Positions 28,615 to 38,479 of a stretch of 50,741 bases of DNA are shown here, in pieces (the stretch's first letter is position 1; each line of letters starts with the position of its first letter). Both the position numbers and the translations under genes were made by a program. Source of the DNA: an uncultured Verrucomicrobiota bacterium (GTDB taxonomy: Bacteria; Verrucomicrobiota; Kiritimatiellia; RFP12; UBA3636); contig CASFKR010000001.1 in assembly GCA_949295265.1 (NCBI GenBank), forward strand, positions 1 to 50,741. The letters run 5' to 3'. The notes under the pieces were generated by a model. That model was given only the letters and a program-made list of their open reading frames with translations, had not been told where the DNA came from and made no database searches.

Positions 28615-30510
28615 CTAGGGGAGCCTGGAGAGCCAGGCGTCGAAGGCGTAATCGGAGGGACACCGCCAGTCGCCGCGGGGCGAGAGTGCCACGGTGCCGA
28701 CTTTGGGGCCGTCCGGGCAGGCGTTGCGCTTGAACTGCTGCGTGGCGAAGCGGCGCAGGAAGACGCGCAGGGCTTCGTCGATGGCTTCCGCCGTGACGGC
28801 ATCCCCGAAGGCGTGGCGCGCGAGCGCCCGCAGGCTTTCCGGCGTTTCGCCATACTTCAGGAAGAAGTACAGGAAAAAGTCGTGAAGTTCGTAGCGACCC
28901 AGAATGGATTCGGTCTGCTGCGTGCCCGGCAGCAGCTCCGGAGAGACCGGCGTGTCATTGATGTCCTGCAGAACCGATGCAATCTCGGGCGGCGAAACGG
29001 AGGCTTCGAAGGCGCACAGGTGGCGGATGAGGGACTTGGGAATCCCGCAGTTCACGTTGTACATCGACATGTGGTCGCCGTTGTACGTGGACCAGCCGAG
29101 CGCGATTTCGCTCAAGTCGCCGGTGCCGACGAGCAGTCCGCCCTCGGCATTGGCGAGGTCCATCAGGATTTGCGTGCGTTCACGCGCCTGCGAATTCTCG
29201 TAGACCACATTGTGGTTCTCGGGATTGTGTCCGATGTCGCGGAAATGCTGCTCCACGGCGGGCCCGATGGGAATTTCGCGCAGTTCCGTGTCGAGGCGTT
29301 CGGCGAGTGCCCCGGCATTGGACCGGGTCCGGGCCGTGGTGCCGAAGCCGGGCATGGTGACGGAGAGGATGAAGGAGCGCGGGAGTCCCAGCAAATCGGT
29401 GGTGTGCGCACAGGCGATGAGTGCCAGCGTGGAGTCGAGCCCGCCGGAAACCCCGAGAACGAGCCGTTTGGCATGGACGGTTTCGACGCGTTTGGCAAGC
29501 CCGGCCGCCTGAATGGCGAAAATTTCGCGGCAATTTTCCGCCTGATGTTCGGGGCTCGCCGGGACGAACGGGGTCGGGGAGAGCGAGAGATGCTCGAGCG
29601 ATGGCGAAGGCGGAACGGCGGGGACGGGGATGACCCGGACGGGGCGCACAGGCTCCGTGTCGTTAAAGCTGGTCCAGGAGGCGCGCAGGCTGTCGCACCA
29701 GGCGGGTTTGACATCGGCATAGAGTTGCGCGCCTTCGCGTTCGAAGCGCGGATTTTCCGCGAGGAGGCGGCCGTTGAAGGCGATCATCGCATGCCCGGAG
29801 AAGACGATGTCGGAGGTCGATTCATGGACGCCCGCACCGGCAATCATATAGATGGCGGAGAGGCGCGCGCTTTGTCCGGTCACCAGCGACCGGCGGTACG
29901 CGGCCTTGGCGACGAGCTCATTACCGGCGGAGAGGTTGAGCAGAATCTGTGCGCCGCCCAGCGCCAGATGCGTGGAGGGCGGGACGACCGCCCACATGTC
30001 TTCGCAGAGTTCCACGCCGAAGCGCGGGCCCGCCTCGGCGGGGGCAAAGACGAGCCCCATGCCCGCCGGGGCCGTGAAGCCGGCGAAATCGACGGTTTCT
30101 CCCGCAAATTCGCGCGCCGAGCGGAACTGGCGCTTTTCGTAGAATTCGCGGTAATTGGGCAGGTATTCCTTGAGCGGCAAACCGAGCAGGCGGCCTTGCC
30201 CGAGGACGGCGGCTCCGTTGAAGAGGCGCGAGCCGAGGCGCACGGGGGTGCCGACCACGAGAATCGCGTGGCGCCCGGCGGTGGCGCGCGCCAGTTCGGC
30301 GACCGCTTTTTCCGCGGCTTCCAGAAGCGTGCGCTGCTCGAACAGGTCGCCGCACGTATACCCGGTGACGCACAGTTCCGGGAAGAGCACGAGGGCGCAG
30401 CCATGGGCATCCGCCTCCAGGTAGCGCTTCAGGATTTCGCGCGTGTTGAAGACGGGATCCGCCACCCGCAACACGGGGACGCAGGACGCAACGCGGTAGA
30501 AACCATTCAT
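28615..30510 (-). CDS. nadE: Glutamine-dependent NAD+ synthetase
   Basis: Nitrilase domain FPELCVTGY, YREFYEKR, ELCEDMW. Synthetase domain GVSGGLDST, ENSQARERT, QQFKR. Confidence 0.96.
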   Translation of the reverse strand: MNGFYRVASCVPVLRVADPVFNTREILKRYLEADAHGCALVLFPELCVTGYTCGDLFEQRTLLEAAEKAVAELARATAGRHAILVVGTPVRLGSRLFNGAAVLGQGRLLGLPLKEYLPNYREFYEKRQFRSAREFAGETVDFAGFTAPAGMGLVFAPAEAGPRFGVELCEDMWAVVPPSTHLALGGAQILLNLSAGNELVAKAAYRRSLVTGQSARLSAIYMIAGAGVHESTSDIVFSGHAMIAFNGRLLAENPRFEREGAQLYADVKPAWCDSLRASWTSFNDTEPVRPVRVIPVPAVPPSPSLEHLSLSPTPFVPASPEHQAENCREIFAIQAAGLAKRVETVHAKRLVLGVSGGLDSTLALIACAHTTDLLGLPRSFILSVTMPGFGTTARTRSNAGALAERLDTELREIPIGPAVEQHFRDIGHNPENHNVVYENSQARERTQILMDLANAEGGLLVGTGDLSEIALGWSTYNGDHMSMYNVNCGIPKSLIRHLCAFEASVSPPEIASVLQDINDTPVSPELLPGTQQTESILGRYELHDFFLYFFLKYGETPESLRALARHAFGDAVTAEAIDEALRVFLRRFATQQFKRNACPDGPKVGTVALSPRGDWRCPSDYAFDAWLSRLP

Positions 30511-30597
30511 GGGATTTGTCTGGGCGGTCCTGCGGGGACGGGCGCGCGCCCGCGCAGGGGATTCTTCGGGGGTGAGGCTGGCGGCGGTGTCAGGCCG

Positions 30598-31221
30598 TCA
30601 GCGGGTGGGCGTGCCGGAGAGATGCGCCGCTGCAGCCGCGGCGATCGCTTTCCAGCTCGTGAAGCGGCGGACCGGCTGCGGAAGCGGATCCGGGAGGGTG
30701 AGTTTCCGGTTCCACGGGCGGTCAAACAGCGCGATGGGGCAGAGCCGGAGCCGCAGCAGGAGCGCGAGCGAAACCGGCGCGTCTTCAACCGCGAAGTCGA
30801 AGTGCATCGCCGTGAGTTGCTCGAGCGAGAGCACGTCGGGACCGTGCGCGGAGAAGCGCTGATATTTGTCGAGGTGGTACAGCGGAATGTCGGCGAGTCC
30901 GTGCGCGTCCAGCCATGCGCGCGAGGCTTCGTGGCAGTTCGGGTTGCGCCCGGTGATGACCAGCGGTTCGAGCCCCGCCCGGTGCCACGCCGCGATGGTG
31001 GCGCACGCATCGGGGATTTCCGGGATTTCAAGCAGCTTTTCCGCATGGAAAATGCGCATGAACTCCGGGTACTGCGTATCCGAAAGTCCGAGGGAGATGT
31101 GCAGGTCGAATTCCGTCATGCCCTCAAAGGTCGACGACAGACCGTAGCGCTCCAGCGCGAGTGCCCGCAATGTGACGTTCGTCTCGCAGATGCAGTCGTC
31201 AAAATCAATGTAGAGAGCCAT
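30598..31221 (-). CDS. HAD-superfamily 5'(3')-nucleotidase-like protein
   Basis: YIDFDDCICET, ITGR, AVEDAP and LFDRPWN. Confidence 0.75.
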   Translation of the reverse strand: MALYIDFDDCICETNVTLRALALERYGLSSTFEGMTEFDLHISLGLSDTQYPEFMRIFHAEKLLEIPEIPDACATIAAWHRAGLEPLVITGRNPNCHEASRAWLDAHGLADIPLYHLDKYQRFSAHGPDVLSLEQLTAMHFDFAVEDAPVSLALLLRLRLCPIALFDRPWNRKLTLPDPLPQPVRRFTSWKAIAAAAAAHLSGTPTR

Positions 31222-31254
31222 GGCGGGAAGGCGGCGGACCGCGGCGGGAGGCGG

Positions 31255-33099
31255 TTATTCGACGGTGACGGATTTGGCGAGGTTCCGCGGCTGGTCGATG
31301 GGTTCGCCGCGGAGGCGGGCCACATGGTAGGCGAGGAGCTGCTCCGCAACGACGACGGGAATGGCCGCCACGATTTCGTGGCACGCCGGGATGCGGATGA
31401 CGTCCTCCGTAAAGGCGGAGACGGATTCATCGCCTTCGCTGGCGATGACGATGACGGGCGCCTTGCGGGCGCGGCATTCCTGGATGTTGCCCATCGTTTT
31501 GTCGTGTCCGGGAATGGAGGGGGCGCACGCGATGACGGGCACGTGCTCATCGAGCAGAGCGATGGGGCCGTGCTTGAGCTCGGCGGCATGGTAGCCTTCG
31601 GCGTGGAGATACGAGATTTCCTTGAGTTTGAGCGCGCCTTCGAGCGCGGCGGGGTACATGTACCCGCGCCCGATGTAGAAGGCGTCGGTGCAGCCGGCGA
31701 TTTTTTCGGCGATGGCGCAGATGCGGTCGTTCTGCGCGAGGACGCTGCGCACGAGGTTGGGCAGCTGCTGCATCGCGCGCACGATGCAGATGCCTTCCGC
31801 ATTGGAGAGGCGGCGCGTCCGCCCGAACAGGAGTGCCATCATGTTGAGGACGGCGACCTGGCAGAGGAACGCCTTCGTGGAGGCGACGCCGATTTCGGGT
31901 CCGGCATGCAGGTAGATGCCGCGCCCGGCTTCGCGCGCAATCGTGGAGCCGACCACGTTGCAGATGGAGCAGACGAGCGCGCCTTTGCGGGCGGCTTCTC
32001 GCACCGCTGCCAGCGTGTCCGCCGTTTCGCCGGACTGACTGATGGCGATGACCCCGGTGTCGGGCGAGACGATCGGGTTGCGGTACCGGAATTCCGCCGC
32101 CTGTTCGATGCGCGCCGGGATGCCCGCCAGCTGTTCAAAGGCGTAGGAGCCGTGCAGGCCCGCATAGTAGCTCGTGCCGCAGGCCGTGATGACCAGGTTG
32201 GAGAGCGAGGCGATGTCGCGCGGCTCGAGCCGCAGGCCCGAGAGTTTCGCCGCGCCGTCCGCTTCAATCAGCCGTCCGCGCAGGCAGTTTTCCAGCGCTT
32301 CCGGCTGCTCGAAAATTTCCTTGAGCATGAAGTGCTCGAATCCGCCTTTTTCGGCGGCGCCCGGATCCCAGTCGACCGATGTGGGTTCGCGGGAAACCGA
32401 GGCGTTCGAGAGCGAGCGGATTTCGAAGCGTCCCGGCGTGAGGATGGCGATGTCGCCGTCGTCGAGGAAGGTGACGCTCGTCGTGTACGGCACAATCGGC
32501 GCCACATCGGAGGCGACGAGCGTTTCCGTGCCGTTGGAGCCGATGACGATGGGGGAGCCGCGCCGCGCCACAATCATTTCGTCCGGGAAATCGGCGGATA
32601 CCACGGCAATGCCGAAGGTGCCCTGGACATGCCGCAAGGCCGCCCGCACGGAGTCGACCAGCGTGTCGGCGCTGTTGAGCTCAATCAGGTGCGCCAGCAC
32701 TTCCGTGTCCGTTTCGGAGCGGAATTCGAAGCCGCGCGCCGTGAGCTGCGCCCGCAACTCCTGATAGTTGTCGATGATGCCGTTGTGGACGACCGCGATG
32801 CGGCCGTTGCGCGAGAGGTGCGGGTGCGCATTGCGGACGGAGGGCACGCCGTGCGTCGCCCAGCGCGTGTGCCCGATGCCCACCGTGGCGTCGGCCGTCA
32901 GCGGATGCGTGTCCAGTTCCCGCTGCAGGGCGTCGATTTTCCCGACTTCGCGGCGCAGCAGAATTTCGTTATTCCCATTCACCGGCGCAACGAGCGCAAT
33001 GCCGGAGGAGTCGTATCCGCGATATTCCAGCTTGCGGAGTCCGGCGATGAGACGGGGAGTTGCAGAGTTAGGACCGATGTAACCGACAATTCCACACAT
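31255..33099 (-). CDS. glmS: Glutamine--fructose-6-phosphate transaminase
   Basis: MCGIVG, LEYRGYDS, GHTRWATHG, SQSGETADT and PRNLAKSVTVE. Confidence 0.98.
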   Translation of the reverse strand: MCGIVGYIGPNSATPRLIAGLRKLEYRGYDSSGIALVAPVNGNNEILLRREVGKIDALQRELDTHPLTADATVGIGHTRWATHGVPSVRNAHPHLSRNGRIAVVHNGIIDNYQELRAQLTARGFEFRSETDTEVLAHLIELNSADTLVDSVRAALRHVQGTFGIAVVSADFPDEMIVARRGSPIVIGSNGTETLVASDVAPIVPYTTSVTFLDDGDIAILTPGRFEIRSLSNASVSREPTSVDWDPGAAEKGGFEHFMLKEIFEQPEALENCLRGRLIEADGAAKLSGLRLEPRDIASLSNLVITACGTSYYAGLHGSYAFEQLAGIPARIEQAAEFRYRNPIVSPDTGVIAISQSGETADTLAAVREAARKGALVCSICNVVGSTIAREAGRGIYLHAGPEIGVASTKAFLCQVAVLNMMALLFGRTRRLSNAEGICIVRAMQQLPNLVRSVLAQNDRICAIAEKIAGCTDAFYIGRGYMYPAALEGALKLKEISYLHAEGYHAAELKHGPIALLDEHVPVIACAPSIPGHDKTMGNIQECRARKAPVIVIASEGDESVSAFTEDVIRIPACHEIVAAIPVVVAEQLLAYHVARLRGEPIDQPRNLAKSVTVE

Positions 33100-33249
33100 G
33101 AGGGAGCAAAAAGGGGAGCAGGAGATGAACGAAGGCCGCCGTGGGTTGCGGCGCTGTGCCAGAATGCGCAAATCCTATCAAATCTGCTCCTGTGTTGCCA
33201 CTTCCGCCCGCGTGAAAACGGCGCTGCGTCCGCCGGTGCGGCCGCGCGC

Positions 33250-33654
33250 TCAGGTTCCGGCAGAGAGCGCAAAGGAGTAGGGCAGGTAGTCGGCAAGCGT
33301 GCGCGTGACGCCGTCGCCTTCCCGGAGCGGAATGACGCGGACTGGCAGATCCGGCGGACAGAATTCCGCGAGCACCTGACGGCAGGCGCCGCAGGGTACC
33401 GCCGGTGCCACGTCCGTGCCACCGCAAATGACGAGCGCCCGGAATGTGCGCTTGCCTTCCGAGACGGCTTTGAACATCGCCGTGCGTTCCGCGCAATTGG
33501 TGAGTCCGTACGACGCATTTTCAATGTTGCAGCCCGTCCAGATCTGTCCGTCGGCGTCGAGCAGGGCTGCCCCGACGGGGAAGTGCGAATACGGGATGTA
33601 GGCGCGTTGAGCCGCTTCCCGCGCGGCGGTCATGAGCGAATTCCAGGGAATCAT
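33250..33654 (-). CDS. cdd: Cytidine deaminase (homotetrameric type)
   Basis: PYSHFPVGAA, NIENASYGLTNCAER and PCGACRQVL. Confidence 0.95.
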   Translation of the reverse strand: MIPWNSLMTAAREAAQRAYIPYSHFPVGAALLDADGQIWTGCNIENASYGLTNCAERTAMFKAVSEGKRTFRALVICGGTDVAPAVPCGACRQVLAEFCPPDLPVRVIPLREGDGVTRTLADYLPYSFALSAGT

Positions 33655-33712
33655 CGGGGGCTCCGGGTGGGGGTGAAAGAAAGAGGGCGGGCGGCATCGG
33701 GTCAGCAGAGGC

Positions 33713-34486
33713 TCAGATGATGCCGAGACGCGCGAAGGCGTGGGCCAGCCCGTCGTCATCCACGCTGTCCGTCACGAAATCGGCGGCTTCCTTGACGTCG
33801 GGCGTGGCATTGCCCATGGCGACACCGACGCCGGAATGCCGGATCATCGGGATGTCGTTGCCGCCATCGCCCAGCGCCGCCGTTTCTTCGAGCGCAAGTC
33901 CGTACTTCTTGCACATGACGTCGATGCCGTGGGCTTTGGACGCGCCCAGCGGAACGACGTCCGTAAAGGTGGGATGCCACCGCATGGTGTCGCAGCCCGG
34001 CATCCATTGCAGCACATCGGCGTCGCGCGCTTCCTCCAGGAAACACATGCCCTGAATCCAGTTGCCTTTCACAATGTCGGCCCACGGGGTCGCTGTTTCC
34101 GGCTCTGCGAGTTTCAGAAGCGTGCAAAAGGCGCGGACCGAGTCGTCGATGGCACTCACGACAAGGCGATGGGCATCGACGAAAATCCACGTGACGCCTT
34201 CCGGCGGGTTTGCGGCCAGCTGCTCAACCGCCGCATGCGGCAGAAAGTTCTGCTCCAGCGGCTGCCGGTTTTCATCGTAGGCGGCGGAGCCGTTTGCCGT
34301 CACCCAGCCGTCGAAGTGGATTTCCGGGAACGGCGGCGTAATGTACAGCGGACGCCCGGTGGCGATGAAGACGCGGACGCCGCGTTGCTGTGCGCGCGCA
34401 ATGGCATCGCGGGCCGATGCCGGTACTGTATGGGTGCGAAACGAAACCAGTGTCCCGTCAATATCGAGAAAAACCGCCCGGATCAT
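33713..34486 (-). CDS. Cof-type HAD-IIB hydrolase
   Basis: FLDIDGTL, IATGR, SKAHG, LGDGGNDIPM and VAMGNA. Confidence 0.92.
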   Translation of the reverse strand: MIRAVFLDIDGTLVSFRTHTVPASARDAIARAQQRGVRVFIATGRPLYITPPFPEIHFDGWVTANGSAAYDENRQPLEQNFLPHAAVEQLAANPPEGVTWIFVDAHRLVVSAIDDSVRAFCTLLKLAEPETATPWADIVKGNWIQGMCFLEEARDADVLQWMPGCDTMRWHPTFTDVVPLGASKAHGIDVMCKKYGLALEETAALGDGGNDIPMIRHSGVGVAMGNATPDVKEAADFVTDSVDDDGLAHAFARLGII

Positions 34487-34651
34487 GAGAGGGCTCCGTG
34501 TGCAAATGGGTTTCCCGGCACCTTCCCTTTCCTTCAGGTGCAAACCCGCCGGGAAAATAGTAATGGTAGCCGGGAGCGGCGTCCGGGTCAATGCGTTTTC
34601 GTAGAAAATCCGATGTGCAGCCAGTGGTTTTCCGGAAGTCCGTGCCCGCGC

Positions 34652-35458
34652 TCACGAGGAAAAATGGACGGGGTAAGGTGCGCGCGGCGGCAGGCGCGGA
34701 TACGAGACGGCGGGATAGCCGAACGCCATGGCCGCGGCGGGGGTCACTTCTTCCGGGAAACCCAGCATCGGAACCAGTCCGGCCGCAAAGCTGCTGAACG
34801 CAATCATCGCAAAGCCGTCCCAGACCGTTGCGATGCCTTGCGCGAGCGCCAGCAGCTCGAACGACGTGAGCGCAATGACCGCATCGGTCGCCATGGCTTG
34901 CGGGCCCGTGCCCGCCACCACCAGATGGGGTGCATTCCGGAAGAGCACATCCTGTCCGGCTTCAATCATGGGCCGCAGCAGCCGCAATTCCCGTTGCGCG
35001 CCCGAAAGCGTGTTTTCGCGGATGGCCGTGAGCAACGCCCCATTGGCCTCGCGCCGGAGCCGCTCCATCGCTTCGCCGGAGAAAACCGCGAATACGAGTC
35101 GGCGCCGGTTGACTGCGGTCGGTGCGCTGGAAACAACGCGCAGCATGCGTTCGATGGTCTCCCGCGGCACCGGGACATTCCGGTAACGCCGCACCGAGCG
35201 GCGGGCGGCAATGAGGTTCGCGACGCCCGTGGCGTTCGGGAGCGCGCCCGGTGCCGGGCACTCGCTTGCGGGAACGCCATTGAGCGTGATGGACCCCGTC
35301 GGACAAATCGCGAGGCAATGTCCGCACCCGATGCAACGGCGGTCGGCATGCGCCCCGGGTACGGGACGTCCCTCCTTGAGCTGAAGCAGCCCCGTGACGC
35401 AATCCGAAACGCAAAGCCCGCAGCCCGTGCAGCGGGATGAATCAACCGTGAATTCCAT
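34652..35458 (-). CDS. Nitroreductase family protein with N-terminal 2x[4Fe-4S] domain
   Basis: CTGCGLCVSDC, CIGCGHCLAICP, RRSVRRY and APTAVN. Confidence 0.92.
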   Translation of the reverse strand: MEFTVDSSRCTGCGLCVSDCVTGLLQLKEGRPVPGAHADRRCIGCGHCLAICPTGSITLNGVPASECPAPGALPNATGVANLIAARRSVRRYRNVPVPRETIERMLRVVSSAPTAVNRRRLVFAVFSGEAMERLRREANGALLTAIRENTLSGAQRELRLLRPMIEAGQDVLFRNAPHLVVAGTGPQAMATDAVIALTSFELLALAQGIATVWDGFAMIAFSSFAAGLVPMLGFPEEVTPAAAMAFGYPAVSYPRLPPRAPYPVHFSS

Positions 35459-35495
35459 GGCAGTGGTGTGGCAAAGGCCCGTCCGGGACCGTTTT

Positions 35496-35512
35496 GTGGC
35501 AGGGGTGTGGCA
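35496..35512 (+). repeat. 17-bp recurrent motif copy (1 mismatch), intergenic
   Basis: GTGGCAGGGGTGTGGCA. A more degenerate copy lies at about 35457-35472. Confidence 0.65.
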
Positions 35513-35524
35513 GGTGGGGGCGGT

Positions 35525-36814
35525 TCAGGAGGCTTTGAAGCGGAAGGCGGAAAGCGCCATGGTCTGCAGTTCTTCGGCTTCCTGCTTCGAGCGGGCATGG
35601 AGCCGCAACAAGGAGTCGCCCGGGGCGACGCGCGTTCCGGCCGCGAGAATCCGGTCCGCGCCGACCGCATAGTCGATGGCGTCGGTCACCGCGCGGCGTC
35701 CGCCTCCGAGCAACAGCACGAGGCGTCCGACCGTTTCGGCATCGACCGAGGCGATGACCGGGGTGTCCGCCGTTTCCGGTGGTGCGGGAACATCGACCAC
35801 ACAGGCCGCCGCCGGAAGGACGGCTTCAGGCGACTCAGCGATGCGCGGATTGCCGCCATGTGCTTCAACCATGCGTGCAAAGACGTCGAGCGCCGCGCCC
35901 GAAGCGAGCTTTTCCGCGAGCAGCGCGCGCGCCGCCGCTTCGTCTGCGGCCACGCCGGAGAGCGTCAGCATCGGCACCGCCAGATCCAGCACCAGACGGA
36001 GCGTCGACGCCGGACCGCGCCCTTGCAGCATTTCGACCGATTCCCGGATTTCCAGCGCATTGCCGACCGCCGCGCCGATGGGCTGATTCATGTCGTTGAC
36101 AAGCGCCGTCGCCTTGCGGCCCGCTCCCCGCGCGCCGTTGACCAGCGACTCCGCCAGTGCGCGCGCCTGTTTCGGCGTTTTCATGAAGGCGCCCGATCCC
36201 CATTTGACATCGAAGACGAGCGTTTCTGCGCCTTCAGCCAGCTTTTTCGAGAGAATCGATGCCGTGATGAGCGGAATGGAGGGCACCGTTCCTGTGACAT
36301 CCCGAAGCGCATAGAGTTTGCGGTCTGCCGGTGCCAGACGATCGGTCTGACCAATGATGGAGCATCCGACCCGCTCGAGAATGTCGCGGAATTTTTCCAC
36401 CGGAACGGAGGTCTGGTAGCCCGGGATGGAATCGAGTTTGTCGAGGGTGCCGCCGGTTATGCCCAGTCCGCGTCCGCTGATCATGGGAACGGCCACGCCG
36501 CAGGCGGCCACGAGGGGTGCGAGCGGGATGGAAAGCTTATCGCCGATGCCGCCCGTCGAATGCTTGTCGGCGGTGGGCCGCGAGAGCGTCTCCCAGGTCA
36601 GCGTGTCGCCGGAGCGCATCATCGCGTCGGTCAGCGCGAGCGTTTCCTCATTCGTCATGCCCTGAAAATAGACGGCCATGGCGAAGGCGGCCATCTGATA
36701 TTCCGGCAGCTGATTGTTTGTGAAGCGGTTGATGAGCTCTTTAATCTCTTCTTTGCTGACGGCTTTGCCGTCGCGTTTCGCTTCAATGACCCATTGCGGG
36801 ACAAAATCTTTCAT
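35525..36814 (-). CDS. pdp: Pyrimidine-nucleoside/thymidine phosphorylase
   Basis: DKHSTGGIGDK, SGRGLGITGGTLDKL, ALRDVT, SILSKKLA and DVKWGSGAFMK. Start taken at MKDFV. Confidence 0.93.
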   Translation of the reverse strand: MKDFVPQWVIEAKRDGKAVSKEEIKELINRFTNNQLPEYQMAAFAMAVYFQGMTNEETLALTDAMMRSGDTLTWETLSRPTADKHSTGGIGDKLSIPLAPLVAACGVAVPMISGRGLGITGGTLDKLDSIPGYQTSVPVEKFRDILERVGCSIIGQTDRLAPADRKLYALRDVTGTVPSIPLITASILSKKLAEGAETLVFDVKWGSGAFMKTPKQARALAESLVNGARGAGRKATALVNDMNQPIGAAVGNALEIRESVEMLQGRGPASTLRLVLDLAVPMLTLSGVAADEAAARALLAEKLASGAALDVFARMVEAHGGNPRIAESPEAVLPAAACVVDVPAPPETADTPVIASVDAETVGRLVLLLGGGRRAVTDAIDYAVGADRILAAGTRVAPGDSLLRLHARSKQEAEELQTMALSAFRFKAS

Positions 36815-36990
36815 GGTGAATGGCTCGTGTTTGTGCGGGAAAACGCATCGGACCGAACGTCCCCCGGATGGAAATCCCAAAACCAAGGTTTCTGACTGAT
36901 TCCATCATACCCTATCGCCTGAAATCCCTCAAGGCAATGCCACTTCCGCCTCTCCCGGAGGGGCGGGTGCCCCGGTTTCGTCTTTCCTCC

Positions 36991-37031
36991 CGTTCCGACC
37001 AAAGTGTCAAATAAGGGCTTTCTCCCGGCGG
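36991..37031 (+). repeat. Dispersed 41-bp repeat, copy 1
   Basis: CGTTCCGACCAAAGTGTCAAATAAGGGCTTTCTCCCGGCGG, 36/41 identical to 40977-41017. Confidence 0.8.
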
Positions 37032-37453
37032 TCCCGCCTGCGCATAGTCGACGCATGCGAAGCCGATAAGGCGCCTATCGCCGGGATTGGGGGCACTGAA
37101 AATACAAAAACAGAGGCGCTGGTCTCGCTTCAATACTCTGGAATAACGATCCGGCGAAGAGTCTACCAGTGTCCCTGACAGGCACAAGAATGAAGGAACG
37201 AATAAAGTCAACAACAGTTGCAGGCTGTGTGAGAAAACCTGGAAGATCTGACCGGTAGCGGCGGCTGTTGGCAAGGTACACTTTCTGAGCGTGCGCCTTC
37301 TTCATTCGTTCGTGCGCAAAATAAAAGGCTCTGCGGGCAGAAGCCGGCAGAGCCGAAAAGCAATGACAATCTGTTTGTTTAGAACGAGAAGGTAACCTGA
37401 GCACCGGCGTGGAGTGCTTTCCATTCCGTCAGGTAACGTTCTTGAAGACGCTG

Positions 37454-37906
37454 TCAGTTATTGACGCCGTCCAAAGTAATCCCTGCTTTATTGAGGTCTT
37501 CTTTGCCCTGTGGATCGTAAAGATAGTAGTAGAGCAGTTCCCGTTCATTGAGCGTATTGGCGTCAATGGCCGCCTGTGGAATGCCCCAGAGAATGGAAAG
37601 CGGCCAAAAGAGCAGATTGACGGCACCATAAATCGCCTGTGTTGAATCACTTCCCTGACCAAAGGCCAGGTAGAAGTTTCCGAATCCCGGGAGGATGTTC
37701 AGCAGGGCTGCTGCAGCCGGGTTGTTAGGACGCTCAAAATAGCCGACCGGGTGATCAATCGTCACGCTGGCCGCTTCCAATTGCCGGAGCTGAATGGTCT
37801 CCTGACGGGATAAATGCGCACAGCCGCCCCCCAGAATGAGGAGGAACAGGCACAGCGACAACATGCTCAGTTGCGTTACAGAAAAGATTGGTTTGTTTTT
37901 GTTCAT
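37454..37906 (-). CDS. Putative membrane lipoprotein with TM2-like hairpin (low-GC islet)
   Basis: MNKNK..., hydrophobic stretch, lipobox-like LGGGC, then NPAAAALLNILPGFGNFYL and LLFWPLSILWGIP. Confidence 0.7.
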   Translation of the reverse strand: MNKNKPIFSVTQLSMLSLCLFLLILGGGCAHLSRQETIQLRQLEAASVTIDHPVGYFERPNNPAAAALLNILPGFGNFYLAFGQGSDSTQAIYGAVNLLFWPLSILWGIPQAAIDANTLNERELLYYYLYDPQGKEDLNKAGITLDGVNN

Positions 37907-38107
37907 AATGTTCAAGTGTAGGTTCGTTTTATCTGGAATGAATACTTTCTTTAGTTCCAACTGATATTCTTTTCTTCGGTTGTGAATGTAGTAGAGATTA
38001 GATTTTTAAGCTTGCCTCTGTCTGAATGCCGAAACAGCAGACACATATGTTAGGCGTAAATGCAATGTAAATCGAAAGATTAGACGGAAATGGAGTGAAT
38101 GAGCTTG

Positions 38108-38479
38108 TTAGAAAAAGTAAAATCTTCTTTCTCGTCCCCCGAAGGGGTGCGCCCCCGGGGACGGACGGGCGGGCACGTCTTGAATGATAACACTTCTTGT
38201 GAAAAAAAAAAACGAAAAATCTGAATTCGAAGGTAAATAATCTGTCGCCGTCTTCGGCACCCTTTGAGTGTGGACTAACTCTTCAATTCTCAATCGGTTA
38301 ACCACTTTGGAGCATTTGGGACTGCGCAAAACGATCTGTCTTTTGCCGTAAAAGAGGCTGTTTTGCCGAAAAAATCCTGTCACAAGAGCTGGAAAGACGG
38401 TTCCGAATCCCGGGAGAAGATTCAGCAGACCCGGCAGCCATATGCTCCGTCGAGCTGCAGATGGGATTGGGTTGTTCAT
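38108..38479 (-). pseudogene. Degenerate paralog fragment of the 37454..37906 gene
   Basis: LLNLLPGFG vs LLNILPGFG. DNA TTCCGAATCCCGGGAGAAGATTCAGCAG vs TTCCGAATCCCGGGAGGATGTTCAGCAG. Similarity is lost downstream. Confidence 0.45.

Noticed and set aside
33100-33250. glmS ribozyme upstream of glmS
   Set aside because: AGCGCC is present, but the GACGAGG core and the remaining conserved elements are absent.
28252-33720. 1822-aa + strand ORF
   Set aside because: Antisense shadow. punA, nadE, the HAD gene, glmS and cdd happen to share one codon register, and TTA/CTA/TCA codons are rare at high GC. The product has no recognisable motifs.
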